From: Pirellulales bacterium
Lineage (GTDB): Bacteria; Planctomycetota; Planctomycetia; Pirellulales; PALSA-1355
NCBI GenBank assembly: GCA_963733035.1
Contig: CAVTBU010000005.1
Location: forward strand, 64,001 to 128,000
Direction of reading: 5' to 3'
DNA: 64,000 nucleotides
This document shows positions 39,757-51,191 of this stretch, one piece after another. The number at the start of each line of letters is the position of its first letter. Within the stretch, counting starts at the first letter, position 1. The notes below the pieces were generated by a model that was not told where the DNA came from, did not search any database, and saw nothing but the letters and a program-made list of their open reading frames with translations. Position numbers and translations under genes: made by a program.

Positions 39757-41100
39757 GTGAATCGCATCGACCTTCGTATCAGACCAACATTGCTTATCTT
39801 CGTCATTGGACTGATTCAGTCCTCACGGATCTTGGCGGATCCGGTTTCCTGGAATCAAGAGGCGCAAATCTCGTATGGCACGGACAGTGCGCAGTTCGGG
39901 GCTACGGTGGCGGCGCAAGGAGATCGGATCCTAGTCGGTGCCTTACAGGGTGACGGCGTCGTGGCTGATTCCGGGGCTGCCTATATTTACGAGCGTTCTG
40001 CTGGAAGCTGGAACCGAGTAGCCACTCTCGCAGCCAACGATGGAACCCAATTTGCGAATTTCGGCGGAGCCGTCTCCTTAGACAACAACCGCGCGGTCGT
40101 CGGTGCCCGGGATGCCAGTCGCCCTGGCTTGCAATATGCCGGCTCGGCGTACGTCTATGACGCGGTCGGCAGTTCGTGGACCCAATCGGCACGACTTTCC
40201 GCACAGGACGCCATGGCGTCGGACAGTTTCGGAGCCGCCGTTAGTCTGCTCGGTAATCGGGTCGTTGTCGGTGCAACGAAAGATGACTATTCAACCTTTT
40301 CGGATGCTGGCTCCGCCTACGTCTTCGATCGGGATTCCAACGGAAATTGGCTACAGTCCGCTAAACTGACGCCGTTGGATCCTCAGTCGGATGCGGAGTT
40401 CGGCTTCAGTGCCGCGCAATTGATTGGTGAGGCGGTCATTGGCGCACCGTACCTCAGTCTACCCAACAGCTACCGCAATGGTGCCGTCTACGTTTTTGAC
40501 GAGCACGCCACCTCCTGGGATCAAACTGCCCGTCTTACCGCATCCGATGCCGGCTTCGATGATCGGTTCGGCTATTCCGTGGCGATGTCGGGGGACCGCA
40601 TGATCATCGGTGCCCCTGACGCTTCTCTGCCCGGTGGTCAGCGGGCTGGAGCCGCCTACATTTTTGACAAACTCAACGGCATCTGGACGGAAACCGCCAA
40701 ATTGATCGAACCGATCGTCAATGCAGACGACAATTTTGGGTTTTCGGTCGCACTCGATGGGGACAGGGCGATCATTGGCAGTCCCGTATATACAACTGCC
40801 ACGGGAAGTAAAGGTGCGGCATTTGTTTTCGATCTAGTTGACGGCAGTTGGCAGAATACGGCGATGGTCACGGCAAGTGACGCGACATCGAACGATGCGT
40901 TCGGCGAAGCTGTAGCCGTGACAGGCACTCGCGCAGTCGTTGGTGCAAGGCTTGCCGATACTCTAGCCGGCACGAATGCTGGTGCCGCCTATGTCTATTC
41001 AATTCCCGAGCCGACGGGCGCGGCGCTAGCTACCATCGGGCTGACCCTCTTTGCCGTGTTTGGATCCTGTCGGCGCCTGTCCATTTACGCCGCGAAGTGA
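39757..41100 (+). CDS. FG-GAP repeat beta-propeller protein with PEP-CTERM sorting signal
   Basis: About seven FG-x-V...GA-P/R...G-A-Y repeats; C-terminal IPEP-TM-RR. Confidence 0.9.
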   Translation: MNRIDLRIRPTLLIFVIGLIQSSRILADPVSWNQEAQISYGTDSAQFGATVAAQGDRILVGALQGDGVVADSGAAYIYERSAGSWNRVATLAANDGTQFANFGGAVSLDNNRAVVGARDASRPGLQYAGSAYVYDAVGSSWTQSARLSAQDAMASDSFGAAVSLLGNRVVVGATKDDYSTFSDAGSAYVFDRDSNGNWLQSAKLTPLDPQSDAEFGFSAAQLIGEAVIGAPYLSLPNSYRNGAVYVFDEHATSWDQTARLTASDAGFDDRFGYSVAMSGDRMIIGAPDASLPGGQRAGAAYIFDKLNGIWTETAKLIEPIVNADDNFGFSVALDGDRAIIGSPVYTTATGSKGAAFVFDLVDGSWQNTAMVTASDATSNDAFGEAVAVTGTRAVVGARLADTLAGTNAGAAYVYSIPEPTGAALATIGLTLFAVFGSCRRLSIYAAK

Positions 41101-41328
41101 ACCACGCAGGTGTATACCCGAGCTCACGATACCAGTGCTTTCAATCAACAGCGTTGTCGCCCCTTTCGCGACCGCCGCTGACATTCTCGCAGCACGACCG
41201 TTGCAAGCCACGGCTCGGTAAGGCGTCATTCGAGCCGCCGCGGGCGCGCAGATTGCTTGAACCAACGAATCCGCACCGATAGGTTCAACTTCCAGGGCTC
41301 ACAAACACTCAGTCCTGGAGGTTTGACC

Positions 41329-43185
41329 ATGGCACCGGCACTCAACCATCTCGCCGTCGCTTACATTCGCATGTCGAGCGACGACCAAGACCGAAGTCCA
41401 TCGCAGCAGCGTTCTCAGATCTTGGCTCTAGCGGCGAAGCGAAATCTTACCATCGTGCGATGGTATGAAGACCTTGGCATCTCCGGAGACGACATCAAGC
41501 GCCGCAAGTCTTTCCGTCAAATGGTCGCAGACGCAAGTTCCAAGGGGGACTTCAAGTGGATTCTATGCTGGTCCCAAGACCGCTTCGGGCGATTTGATTC
41601 CCTTGAAGCGGGTGAATGGGTGACGCCCCTGCGTCGAGCCGGAGTTTGCCTGGTTACCGTTGCCGAAGGGGAAATCGATTGGACCGAGGCAGCCGGAAGA
41701 ATCGTTTACACAATACAGCAAGAAGGCAAGAACGCGTTCCTCCTTGATCTGGCGCGCAACACGACACGCGGTCGCCTTGAGGCAGCAAAACGGATTGGAT
41801 TCGTCGGAGGACTACCACCGTATGGCTACGATCGAATAATTGTTGATGATCGAGGTAAATTCCACAGGCGCGTCCTCCGGCATGAGTTCTTCAGAACGCC
41901 GCCGGACTGGACAGCAAAGATTGTACCGAGCAAAACCGAGAGCGTGGTCGTCAAGCGAATCTTCGCCGAGTATGCGCGAGGCAAGTCCGCGCTGTCGATT
42001 GCCAGTGACTTGAACCAGCGTGGTATTCCCTCTCCTGGTCGGAAGGCATGGTACCTCATCACGATTCGGAATATCTTGCGCAACCCGGTGTATGTTGGCG
42101 ATCAGGTGTGGAATCGCAGGCACTCAGGAAAATACTTTTCGATCGTCGGAACTGAAGTCGTCACAGAAAAAATACGATGCAAAAAGCATGGTGAGCGAAC
42201 GACGAATGCCTGTATGAATCCGCCGGAAGAATGGGTTGTCATTCCGAATGCCCACCCCGCGATTGTATCGCGACGAACATTCGTTCAAGCTCAGTCGCGC
42301 ATCAAACAGAGACGTGGTCGCAATTATCAGTGTCCCGGGCTTCCGCTAACCGGACTGCTGCGTTGCGGACACTGCGGCTCGAAAATGACACACCGAGTTC
42401 GGCGATTTCAATACAACGGATCGGAGTATCGGTATTGGATCATTCTCTGTCCGACTCCGATCCGGAACGGCGGACAACTCTGCAAGCATCGAACCGCCAG
42501 TGAGGCACAAATCCGCGAGTTCGTCGTCTCCAGGCTCAACGACCTTATCGGCGATGGCTTTGAACAAACACTTCGGAAGCAGCTCTGCGACGATCTTGGT
42601 GGCAAGTATGCTCCCAAATCGAGAGACAAATTGCAAAGACGTGCGGATCAACTTGCACGAAAGATTGAAAAGGGTGCCGAAAACCTTCTGTTAGCCAAAC
42701 GAACGGATCTGCAAGCGGCGACCGCAAGACTCGACAGTTGGCAGCACGAACTGCTGGAAACGCATTCGCAGATCGCGGCGATTGACCAGGGTTCACCGGC
42801 GAACATCGAGGCAAGCGTAAAGACGATTATGTCGGAGATTCGATGCCTGCGTTTCGGATTGAAGTCGGGGGATCGCGCGCTACTCCATCACACCCTTCAG
42901 CGTTTACTCTCGCAAGTCACGCTGGTTTTTGAGCCAGATCCCAGGAAGCCGGGCTGTGGTCGCCTTAAGGAAGGAATCATCGAGGCGCGCACTCCATATT
43001 TGGGTGAACGCACGACTCCGGTCAAGTTACCGTTCACCCGCGACGAATTGGAGCGGCAAGTTCCTCGATCAAACTTTTGGCGAGTACGCAAGAAAGTCAT
43101 TAAGCGACCTCTACCCGGTCGCTCCAAAGTCCGAACGACATCTCGTTTCTCACAACTCCATTCAGAATTGCCGGCGTTGCGCTGA
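41329..43185 (+). CDS. Large serine recombinase 2
   Basis: YIRMSS, YEDLGISG, SQDRFGR, PPYGY, ILRNPVYVG, HPAIV, CGHCG, coiled coil; GGAGG SD. Confidence 0.94.
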   Translation: MAPALNHLAVAYIRMSSDDQDRSPSQQRSQILALAAKRNLTIVRWYEDLGISGDDIKRRKSFRQMVADASSKGDFKWILCWSQDRFGRFDSLEAGEWVTPLRRAGVCLVTVAEGEIDWTEAAGRIVYTIQQEGKNAFLLDLARNTTRGRLEAAKRIGFVGGLPPYGYDRIIVDDRGKFHRRVLRHEFFRTPPDWTAKIVPSKTESVVVKRIFAEYARGKSALSIASDLNQRGIPSPGRKAWYLITIRNILRNPVYVGDQVWNRRHSGKYFSIVGTEVVTEKIRCKKHGERTTNACMNPPEEWVVIPNAHPAIVSRRTFVQAQSRIKQRRGRNYQCPGLPLTGLLRCGHCGSKMTHRVRRFQYNGSEYRYWIILCPTPIRNGGQLCKHRTASEAQIREFVVSRLNDLIGDGFEQTLRKQLCDDLGGKYAPKSRDKLQRRADQLARKIEKGAENLLLAKRTDLQAATARLDSWQHELLETHSQIAAIDQGSPANIEASVKTIMSEIRCLRFGLKSGDRALLHHTLQRLLSQVTLVFEPDPRKPGCGRLKEGIIEARTPYLGERTTPVKLPFTRDELERQVPRSNFWRVRKKVIKRPLPGRSKVRTTSRFSQLHSELPALR

Positions 43186-43412
43186 GGTGTTGAGGCAGCT
43201 CGATGGTTAGGAGAAGCGATCTGTCGTTGGCTTTGCGACACTTAGATTCTGGCCACGTAGGGCACCCAAAACTGGGAAACCGAACCGCAGGCTCAAGCAA
43301 GACGAAGCCTCACCGCTCATCAAAGCGGCTAGCTTACGGTCGCGCTGCACAGCAATTGCTTCCTTCTCGCCGGCTGATGTGGCATAATCCCCGAGGTTCA
43401 GGAGCAATTCTC

Positions 43413-46103
43413 ATGGTGCCTCACGCTGAGCTATTCATCAGGCTAACCCCCGGTTGGCTACCGCCACGAGTAGGCGAATGTCGACTGAATGCCACTTATG
43501 GCGGTCCAGAAACTCTCCTGAATTGGATCGAGACACAACTTGGTTTGCAGTCCCTCCGGACCGATGCCTCGTCGCGAGCCACGGAATACATAAACGCCCT
43601 CGAACGATGCTCAGACGCGTCGTTTTCACGGAGCCTCGCCTCGGACCGCTGGGCTACTGGGGTCCGCCTACTTGGGCTTCGCGACGAACTCACTCTTGCC
43701 GGATGGAATGAACTGGAGGACCCGTCGTGCCCACCTCTTGTTCGTGATATGGCCCGTGCCGCCGAAGGGCATACGTTTACTCATGCGGGCGAACCGCAGC
43801 GACTCGCCCGTATTCTCGCCGCGCTCTCTGACGGTCAAACATTGCCGCCGCACCGTTGCATCCTGTCGGACCCACTCGATGCTTGGCCTTCACTTTGGCG
43901 ATCTGTACTGGATCGGCTCTCAATAGAGAACGCGGAAGAATACCGGTCCTGCGCATCCGATGGCTCGGCACTAAGGACTGCACAAGATGTTGTCCGCGGC
44001 AGGTCCAACGGTCCAATCGTCCCTGATACGTCATTTCGCTATTTGTCCACCCGGAGCGAGACCACAGCCTGTGAATACATTGCCCACGCGCTCGCCCGAG
44101 ATTGTGAATCACTGCCTCGTACAATTGTCTATTGCGAAGACGACTCACTGGCGATGCGTTTGGATGCCTGCCTCCGTCGACATGGTCTGCCCACGATGGG
44201 CTCATCAAGGCTCTCGCCCGCGCACCCAGTAATGCAGGTGCTGCCGATCCTCCTAAATCTTTTGTGGGAACCCGTTGACCCACAGGTTCTTCTCGACTTT
44301 TTGACACTTCCCGTCTGTCCTATCCCGAAGGGCGCTGCTTATCGATTGGCAGACAGCCTGACGGATCAACCTGGTCTTGGAAGCCAGGCATGGCAGGAAG
44401 CGCTCACTTCCTTGGTGGCTCCGGAAAATGACCCCGAAGGGACGCTCAAACAACGAATCGACGCGTGGCTCTTGAATAGCCGCATCACAAGAGGCAGTCT
44501 CGCTCCTACATCGGATGTGCGCGGACGGTGTAGTTTGGTTGCTCAATGGGCAGCGGGTCGCGTCCAGAAGATGCTCGACGACCCGAGTGAGCGCGAGGAA
44601 CTAATCCTTGCTTTGCAGGCCGCTGCTCACCACGCCTCAGTTCTTGGAGAACTCGTAGAGATTCAAGGCTCAGAAATAAGCGAGCCCCAGTTATCACGGT
44701 TGCTCGAAGAAACACTCGGCGGCGGTGTCGAGGCGACCTCCGCCGCCGAACATGCACTGGGTCCGATGCGTGTCCGGTCACTTGCCGAGATCATTTCGCC
44801 CTGCAAACGACTTGTCTGGCTCGGATTGGGAACTGCCGACGCTACGCTATCTCCCTGGTCGCACTTCGACCGAACTCTTTTGACTGAGGCAGGCATCGAG
44901 CTCGACGACGGCAGTAAGAGTGTCGCCTCCCTCCGCCGTGCCGAAGCCAAAGGCTTGGCGCTTGTCGATGACTCCCTGCTTGCCGTACTTTTGCCTACGG
45001 ACACTACACGCCGCTGGCACCCACTATGGCTCGCCATCCGAAACGCGTTGGGCGATGCAAACGAACCGATTCGGCTTGAAGATGTCGTTGCGGCAGAGAA
45101 CTTTGCAACTGTATTGCCATTCGATGTGCTGCTGTCGTCACACACAATTGAGCCTCCTCCCAAGGAACGATTACTCTGGCATGTCCCCGAGGGCATACTT
45201 CGGGACCGCGCGACGTCGTCCGCGTCAGAACTTCAGACCCGCCTGACCTGCCCTGTCAAATGGACCCTGACATATCAGGCCCGGCTTTACCCCAGCGTCA
45301 TCGCTCAGCTGCCAAACAGTTTCCTTCTCAAAGGTTCCTTTTGTCATAGTATCCTGCAGCGAGTTTTTGGGGATGGGGGCGAATTGCCCACATCGAGCGA
45401 CGCTGTGAAAACTGTCGCCGCTGAGTTCGATGCACGCTTGTCACTCGACGCCGCTCCACTTGCACAGCCAAACATGGCTAGCGAACAACGTCGCTTACGG
45501 CACGAGTTGTGCCGCGCGACGGAGACACTCGTCGACGCTCTATCCGCTGGGGGCTATCGCATCGCTGGCATCGAAACTGAGGTTCGGGCAGAAGCACTTG
45601 GTAAACAATTAACTGGCAGGATCGACTGTCTCGCGGCCCGGCAAGATGGTAAAGAAGCCATCGTCGACTTTAAGTACGCTGGTCACGACAAGTATCGCCG
45701 CTTATTGGTTGACGGGCGTGCGGTGCAGCTTGCGACTTACGCACACGCCCGCGCACAGACTTCAGCAGCCAACGGTTCCTATCCGGCTGTCGCGTATCTG
45801 GTATTGGCTGAAGGACAGTTATTCACGCCGCGCGGTAGTGCTCTGGATGGCGGCACCGCGTGTTCAGTTGTCGATGGGGCGGACATCCAAACCGTGTGGT
45901 CACAATTTGCAGCGGCAATCGAACATGCGAATGACTGGCTCGATGGCGATGCTGATATTCCTGCTCGGCCTCTTCAAACGCCCGATTCCTGGCCGAACGG
46001 TGCTGAAATCACCCTAACTGCCAATCTTGGACAGGATGAACTCCAGGAGGCATGTCGCTACTGCGACTATCCGACCCTTTGCGGACTTCGGAGGCTAACA
46101 TGA
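43413..46103 (+). CDS. AddB-like protein: inactive helicase-like N-terminus plus PD-(D/E)XK nuclease with Fe-S-type cysteines
   Basis: SASEL...CPVKW, GRIDCLA...IVDFKY, QLATY, CRYCDYPTLC; AGGAG SD before ATG 43413. Confidence 0.85.
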   Translation: MVPHAELFIRLTPGWLPPRVGECRLNATYGGPETLLNWIETQLGLQSLRTDASSRATEYINALERCSDASFSRSLASDRWATGVRLLGLRDELTLAGWNELEDPSCPPLVRDMARAAEGHTFTHAGEPQRLARILAALSDGQTLPPHRCILSDPLDAWPSLWRSVLDRLSIENAEEYRSCASDGSALRTAQDVVRGRSNGPIVPDTSFRYLSTRSETTACEYIAHALARDCESLPRTIVYCEDDSLAMRLDACLRRHGLPTMGSSRLSPAHPVMQVLPILLNLLWEPVDPQVLLDFLTLPVCPIPKGAAYRLADSLTDQPGLGSQAWQEALTSLVAPENDPEGTLKQRIDAWLLNSRITRGSLAPTSDVRGRCSLVAQWAAGRVQKMLDDPSEREELILALQAAAHHASVLGELVEIQGSEISEPQLSRLLEETLGGGVEATSAAEHALGPMRVRSLAEIISPCKRLVWLGLGTADATLSPWSHFDRTLLTEAGIELDDGSKSVASLRRAEAKGLALVDDSLLAVLLPTDTTRRWHPLWLAIRNALGDANEPIRLEDVVAAENFATVLPFDVLLSSHTIEPPPKERLLWHVPEGILRDRATSSASELQTRLTCPVKWTLTYQARLYPSVIAQLPNSFLLKGSFCHSILQRVFGDGGELPTSSDAVKTVAAEFDARLSLDAAPLAQPNMASEQRRLRHELCRATETLVDALSAGGYRIAGIETEVRAEALGKQLTGRIDCLAARQDGKEAIVDFKYAGHDKYRRLLVDGRAVQLATYAHARAQTSAANGSYPAVAYLVLAEGQLFTPRGSALDGGTACSVVDGADIQTVWSQFAAAIEHANDWLDGDADIPARPLQTPDSWPNGAEITLTANLGQDELQEACRYCDYPTLCGLRRLT

Positions 46104-49100
46104 GCGGAATCCTGGAGGTCGTCCGAGCTGGTGCAGGCTCCGGAAAGACCACCGACCTCTGCAACATTGTCGCCGCCGCTGTCGAGGAAGGCCTTGACCC
46201 CGCTCGAATCCTGGCGACAACTTTTACTCGAAAAGCCGCTGTCCAACTCAAAGGGCGAGTCCAAGCCCGGCTACTGCGAAGCGATGGCACGGAGCCTGCC
46301 ACTGCCCATTTCAGAGCCGACCGCCTGGAGCTCGCCGCCATCGGTACTGTCCATAGCGTCGCTCACCAACTCATCACCCGTTACGCGATCGCGATGGGGC
46401 TTTCTCCGAGGCTCACCGTTTTGGACGAGTACGGCAGTGACCGGGCACTGAATAACCTGTTGGGCGAAATGGCTGAGCAAGACTGGGAGGATCTATACAG
46501 CCTGGCAGATTCGCTGTCACTCGATGGCGTGACCCGGCTCATTCTAGATCTACTCGCGCTACAGCGCGGCAATCGAATCAGCGACGACGAATTTCGACAA
46601 CACCTCGCATTGAGTGCCGATCGGCTTTGTCAACTGGTGGCTGCTGATGTAGACGATGACGGGGTAACGTTTGACCGACTTTATGAACTGGTTAACGATG
46701 CCCTGCAGCAGATAGAAGCCCTGACCAATGATTCGACGCAAACAACACAAAAAGCAGCACAGCAGCTTCGACGCCTCGCCGCACAGCGTTCTCACACTTG
46801 GAAGTGCCACGTTCTCGCGTTGTCGATCACTGCCGGGAAACGCTCTGGTGCAGATGTTCTGCTAAACCCACTTCGCCAGGAAGCGGCTCGTGTTCGGAGC
46901 CACCCCGAACTTCATGAACATATCCGCGCGTTTTCCAACCAGATTGGACAACGAACCGTTGAACTTGGGCAGCGTTACCTTACCTATAAGCAGGAGCGTG
47001 GGTTGGTTGACTTCACTGACCTCGAAGTTCTGTTGCTGCAGCTCCTAGAGAACGAAGAACTCGCTCCGAGCCTAAAGTCGGAATTTGACCTTGTCCTTGT
47101 CGATGAGTTTCAAGACACCAATCCGCTTCAACTAGCAATTTTTCAACGCTTCAGAGACCTCGCGCCTCGCAATCGTTGGGTCGGGGACCCCAAGCAGGCT
47201 ATTTACGGTTTCCGCGACACCGACCCCGAATTAGTCAATTCTGTCTGGACCAACGCGCCTGAGACACAGAGAACATCACTTCCAAAGAACTACCGTGCTC
47301 AAAAGGGGCTTGTTGACCTCGTTGGTCAGCTATTTTCACCTGTCTTCGGCAAAGAAGCCAAGCAAGAGCATCATCACGATGGTTCCCCCTGCGGAATTGA
47401 GCGGTGGCTGCTTGACGCCAGAAACCAATTCGATGAGACCACGTCTACCTGCTGCGGTATCGCGAAGCTAAAAGCAGAGGGCTGGCAATATCGAGACATC
47501 GCCATACTCGCTCGAACCAATCATCAACTCGTTCAAATCGCCGCCGCGATGGACGACCTCGGCATTCCATACTTACTGCAGAGTCCTGGCTTACTAGCAA
47601 CCCGTGAAGGGACCATCGTTCTTGCCGGACTTCGCCTCGTTGCCGACCGCGGTGACTCGCTCGCGGCAGCAACCATCTTGCACCTCCTGGAAGACCCGAA
47701 CGCCGACACACCCAATTGGTTTGCCGAACGACTAACCGCGCTTCGGACGCAGCTGGACTCCGAAGACGGCAATTCAACTTACACAAATCCATGGCAGGAC
47801 AATTCGAAACTTGCCCCACTTGAAACCATCGATTCCCAAACCCTTCCGCCCGCGGCAGTCATGCAGCAAGTAATTGAAGCGCTGAGAGTGCCGGAGCTCG
47901 TCGCCAACTGGGGAGATCCTTCGCGAAGAAGTGCACACCTCGACTCACTTCTACAGCATGCCTCCGAATACGAGCAGACCGCTCTCGATGAAGGCCGCGC
48001 CGCAACACTGACTGGACTCATCATCCACCTGGAGAACCTTGAAGGAGACAAGAAGGATTTCCGCCATGCACCTCTCGGGCACAACGCGGTGGCGCTCTTA
48101 CCTACCACACGTCGAAGGGACTTGAGTGGCCCGTTGTTGTGCTCACGGGCTTAGATTATGGTCGCAGCTCGGATGTCTGGTCGCCCGTTGTCGTTGCTGG
48201 CGAGAACAATAACAACGATCCGCTTCTTGGCCGATCGGTCCGCCACTGGTGCTGGCCCTTTGGATTAACTGACGGCGAGTATGCGCGTCTCGTTAAGGGA
48301 AGCGGGCTGGAGGATGATGCCATCAACTCACCCGAAGGTCAGACCAAACTGCAAAGCGAACTTGATGAGGGACTACGTCTTCTCTATGTTGGCTTCACCC
48401 GGGCACAAACCAAAATAGTCTTAGCACATCGCGCCAACAAATATTCATGGCTAGCTCAGCTAACGAACATTGACACTCTGCTTCCGCCTGCTCTTCAGGA
48501 AGGCGAGCACGCGGTTGACGGAATCGATACGACCCTCGTAGTCCGAGAGTTAAACCCGCAGGAGGCTGATGCTTGTAGATGTCCCCGTTCCGCCAATGAG
48601 ACATGGTTTGCTCCAGCAATGTCTCAACCCACTGCCGATATTGTCGAGCGATACCATCGTCCAAGTGCCGTGATCGCACCCACAAATGATGCGACATTCG
48701 AAATAGTCGATATCTCCGAGACGCCCTACTTTCCATCAGGTGCGGACGAATCCAACTATGCAGCAATTGGCGACGCCGTCCATGCCTACTTCGCCGGACT
48801 TCCGTCTCTACCATCTGCAACCCAGGACCTCAAGTTGAGCGTCGCGAGACGATGCATCGAAGGGTACGGCGCGTCAGCCTATCTCACTCCCGATGTTCTC
48901 GTCGCCAAGGGAGAGAGCTTTCGCTCCTGGATAAACTTGCACTACCCTGGAGCAACGTGGCACACAGAAGTGCCCGTATCTGCGCCGCGGCTCGCCGGCG
49001 GTCAATGGGTGGGGACGATCGATCTCATCATTGAAACGCCAGATGGCAAAATTGCCATCATCGACCACAAGAGCGCACCGCTTCGACGAGAACACTGCCA

Positions 49101-49239
49101 GCAGAAGGCAGCAACCTTTAACGGTCAATTGTTGGCATATCGCGAAATACTTTCCACGAGCGGAATCACCGTCAGTTCGCTCTATATACATTTTCCACTT
49201 GCGGGCGTCGCGTGTCGTCTGCAGCTTCGGGATTCATGA
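46100..49239 (+). CDS. AddA-like UvrD/SF1 helicase-nuclease; single-base frameshift at ~48100
   Basis: AGAGSGKT, TFTRKAA, VDEFQDT, VGDPKQAIYGFR, NYRA; restoring one base gives TYHTSKGLEWPVV; LLYVGFTRA; C-terminal GTIDLI...IIDHKS...QLLAY; ATGA overlap with the upstream gene. Confidence 0.9.
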
Positions 49240-49519
49240 TCGGGAAGGGCTTTTCCCCTGCAAATCAGTTTTTCTCGTCTTCCGGCTACTCTCAGCATCT
49301 TAATTGCCTCGACATGCTGTAGTTTAGATTTCCGCCGTTTTCGATCATGTAGAGTGTGACGTGTTGGAAATCCGCATCGGCCCCCAACGTTTGCCACCTA
49401 CCCTGAAAAAATTTCTTCACCATCACTATATTATTCTGCGGAATCATGGCGGCTCGGCACGGCGCTGGGCTGTTTACCGCACCAACCCTCAAGGAGACAT
49501 ATATCGAAAGACTTGCAAG

Positions 49520-50356
49520 ATGATCGCAACCAACAAGAAGAATTTCATCCTATGGCTCTGTTCCCACCAGGAATCACCCCTCACTTTTTCCGACAACCTG
49601 CTCTATTCGTATTTGGCATGGCGTCCTGGAGGTAGCCTGCGTCAAATCGCTCAAGCAACTGGGCTAGATCGCAGCAAGTCAGTCGCTCCCGCCGTTAATC
49701 GGCTGCAGGATTTTGGACTTGTATCGGAAAACGACTATGAAGCGCTGCCGCCTCCAGCGGGCTGGTTTATCCCCAGACGATACACGGATGCCGACTGGCG
49801 AAAACAGTTTCGCTATTTTCCAATCGCCATCCGTCAAACTGAACTCACCGCGCGGCAGAACGCCCTCTATGCTGCCATCAAATGGAAACCGGCAAAGAAA
49901 CTGTCGTGGTATGCTGCGTGCTTGAAACTCAATCGCTCGGGCGCGTACAAGACCGCTGGAGAACTGCGACGGAAACAGTTCGTCGCCGCCGACAGTCTGA
50001 CCGTGCAGCCGACTGCCAAGGATATCTGGCAAGACAGAGAAGACGCCACGTTCGTGACCGACGCGCTCAAGGCGAAGTTCCCTCCTGGCTATGAACCACT
50101 CATCGCCTGGGAAGTGTCTGATCTATGGCGGAAGGTGGAGGAAGGCTCTGAGAAGTTGCTCGAACGCACGAACTGGTATAACCGCAAATACGTCCAGGGT
50201 TATTGGGAACGGGTGACAAAGATGCTGCTTACCCCTGAGCAAATTGAAGCGTTCATCTGGGAGTTTGGCAAACTATTGGACTACGTATTGGTTCGCGGCA
50301 AAGACTGGTGGGTTTCTCACCTCAACCACGAGCATCGTCTGCGCACAGATCAATAG
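49520..50356 (+). CDS. Putative replication initiator with two HTH-like segments (true end may be 50429 after a frameshift)
   Basis: LLYSYLA...SLRQIAQATGLDRSKSVAPAVNRLQDFGLV; second HTH-like YAACLKLNRSGAYKTAGELRRK; followed by iteron-like repeats. Confidence 0.55.
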   Translation: MIATNKKNFILWLCSHQESPLTFSDNLLYSYLAWRPGGSLRQIAQATGLDRSKSVAPAVNRLQDFGLVSENDYEALPPPAGWFIPRRYTDADWRKQFRYFPIAIRQTELTARQNALYAAIKWKPAKKLSWYAACLKLNRSGAYKTAGELRRKQFVAADSLTVQPTAKDIWQDREDATFVTDALKAKFPPGYEPLIAWEVSDLWRKVEEGSEKLLERTNWYNRKYVQGYWERVTKMLLTPEQIEAFIWEFGKLLDYVLVRGKDWWVSHLNHEHRLRTDQ

Positions 50357-50430
50357 AATGTGGCACCAGAAACTTCCTGGCAGTCACTTCTATTGGAGTT
50401 TCGAACCGACGACTTTGGGGAAGTTTTAGG

Positions 50431-50572
50431 TGGTCGCTTTGGCGACAGTCGCTGGCTGCTTTTGCAACAGGCGAATGAAAATGTGGTTGCTTTTGCAACA
50501 GCACGGTGACCGAATGGTTGCTTTTGCGTGACAAAGATTAAAAGAGATACAAATAAGAAGAGAATGAATAAT
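50431..50572. repeat. Four 18-bp iteron-like direct repeats (TGGTTGCTTTTGCAACAG consensus) plus A-rich tract; candidate origin
   Basis: Copies start at 50431, 50453, 50484, 50515; A-rich 50532-50572. Confidence 0.65.
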
Positions 50573-50927
50573 CTCAAGCCCTGCGGGCTGAGGTCACTGA
50601 AAAGCCGCCTTCGGCGGGTCGAAGTTGCCGTTGTCTCGCCAAAGCATGGCGCAGGTCCAACCTGGAACGTGCGTCAGGATAGTTGGAAGCACTCCAGAGT
50701 CAAAATTTGGGGCACTTTGTCCCGTGCAGAGCAACGACGCTACCAGACTGCCCGTTCTTGGTATCAAATCCGCCAAAATCTTGGCGATTGAGACCACACG
50801 AGGGTGATTTGAGGTCGAGAGTTGATTTCGGCGATTTTGAAACGTTCTTGCAGTGGTCGTTGTGACTTCCAAAGTCCCCTGCCAGTGAAGGGCAACATCG
50901 CCAGCCATCTGGCTTCCTCTGGTGGAG

Positions 50928-51191
50928 TCATTCGCCCAGGTCTTGCAGCAGACTCAAGAAGTCATCGTCGTCCTCGTCACGGGAAACATCTTCCGGGGTC
51001 AGTGCCTCAAGTTCACGAAGTGCTGATTGGAATTCTTCGTCCAGACTATGTTGGCGATCTGCATACCATTGACGCAGATTGGCAATGGCAATCTGCTTCG
51101 CAGACTCAAAGTTGTAACTCGGGCGAGCCACCGCGATATGGCGACCCTCAACCGAATAGTGCACCTGATTCGTTGGTTGGTAGTATCGCAT
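50928..51191 (-). CDS. Small hypothetical protein
   Basis: GAGGAG SD; acidic C-terminus. Confidence 0.55.
   Translation of the reverse strand: MRYYQPTNQVHYSVEGRHIAVARPSYNFESAKQIAIANLRQWYADRQHSLDEEFQSALRELEALTPEDVSRDEDDDDFLSLLQDLGE

Noticed and set aside
50431..50532. Possible mini CRISPR array
   Set aside because: Repeats are 18 bp with 4-13 bp gaps and there are no cas genes; fits iterons better
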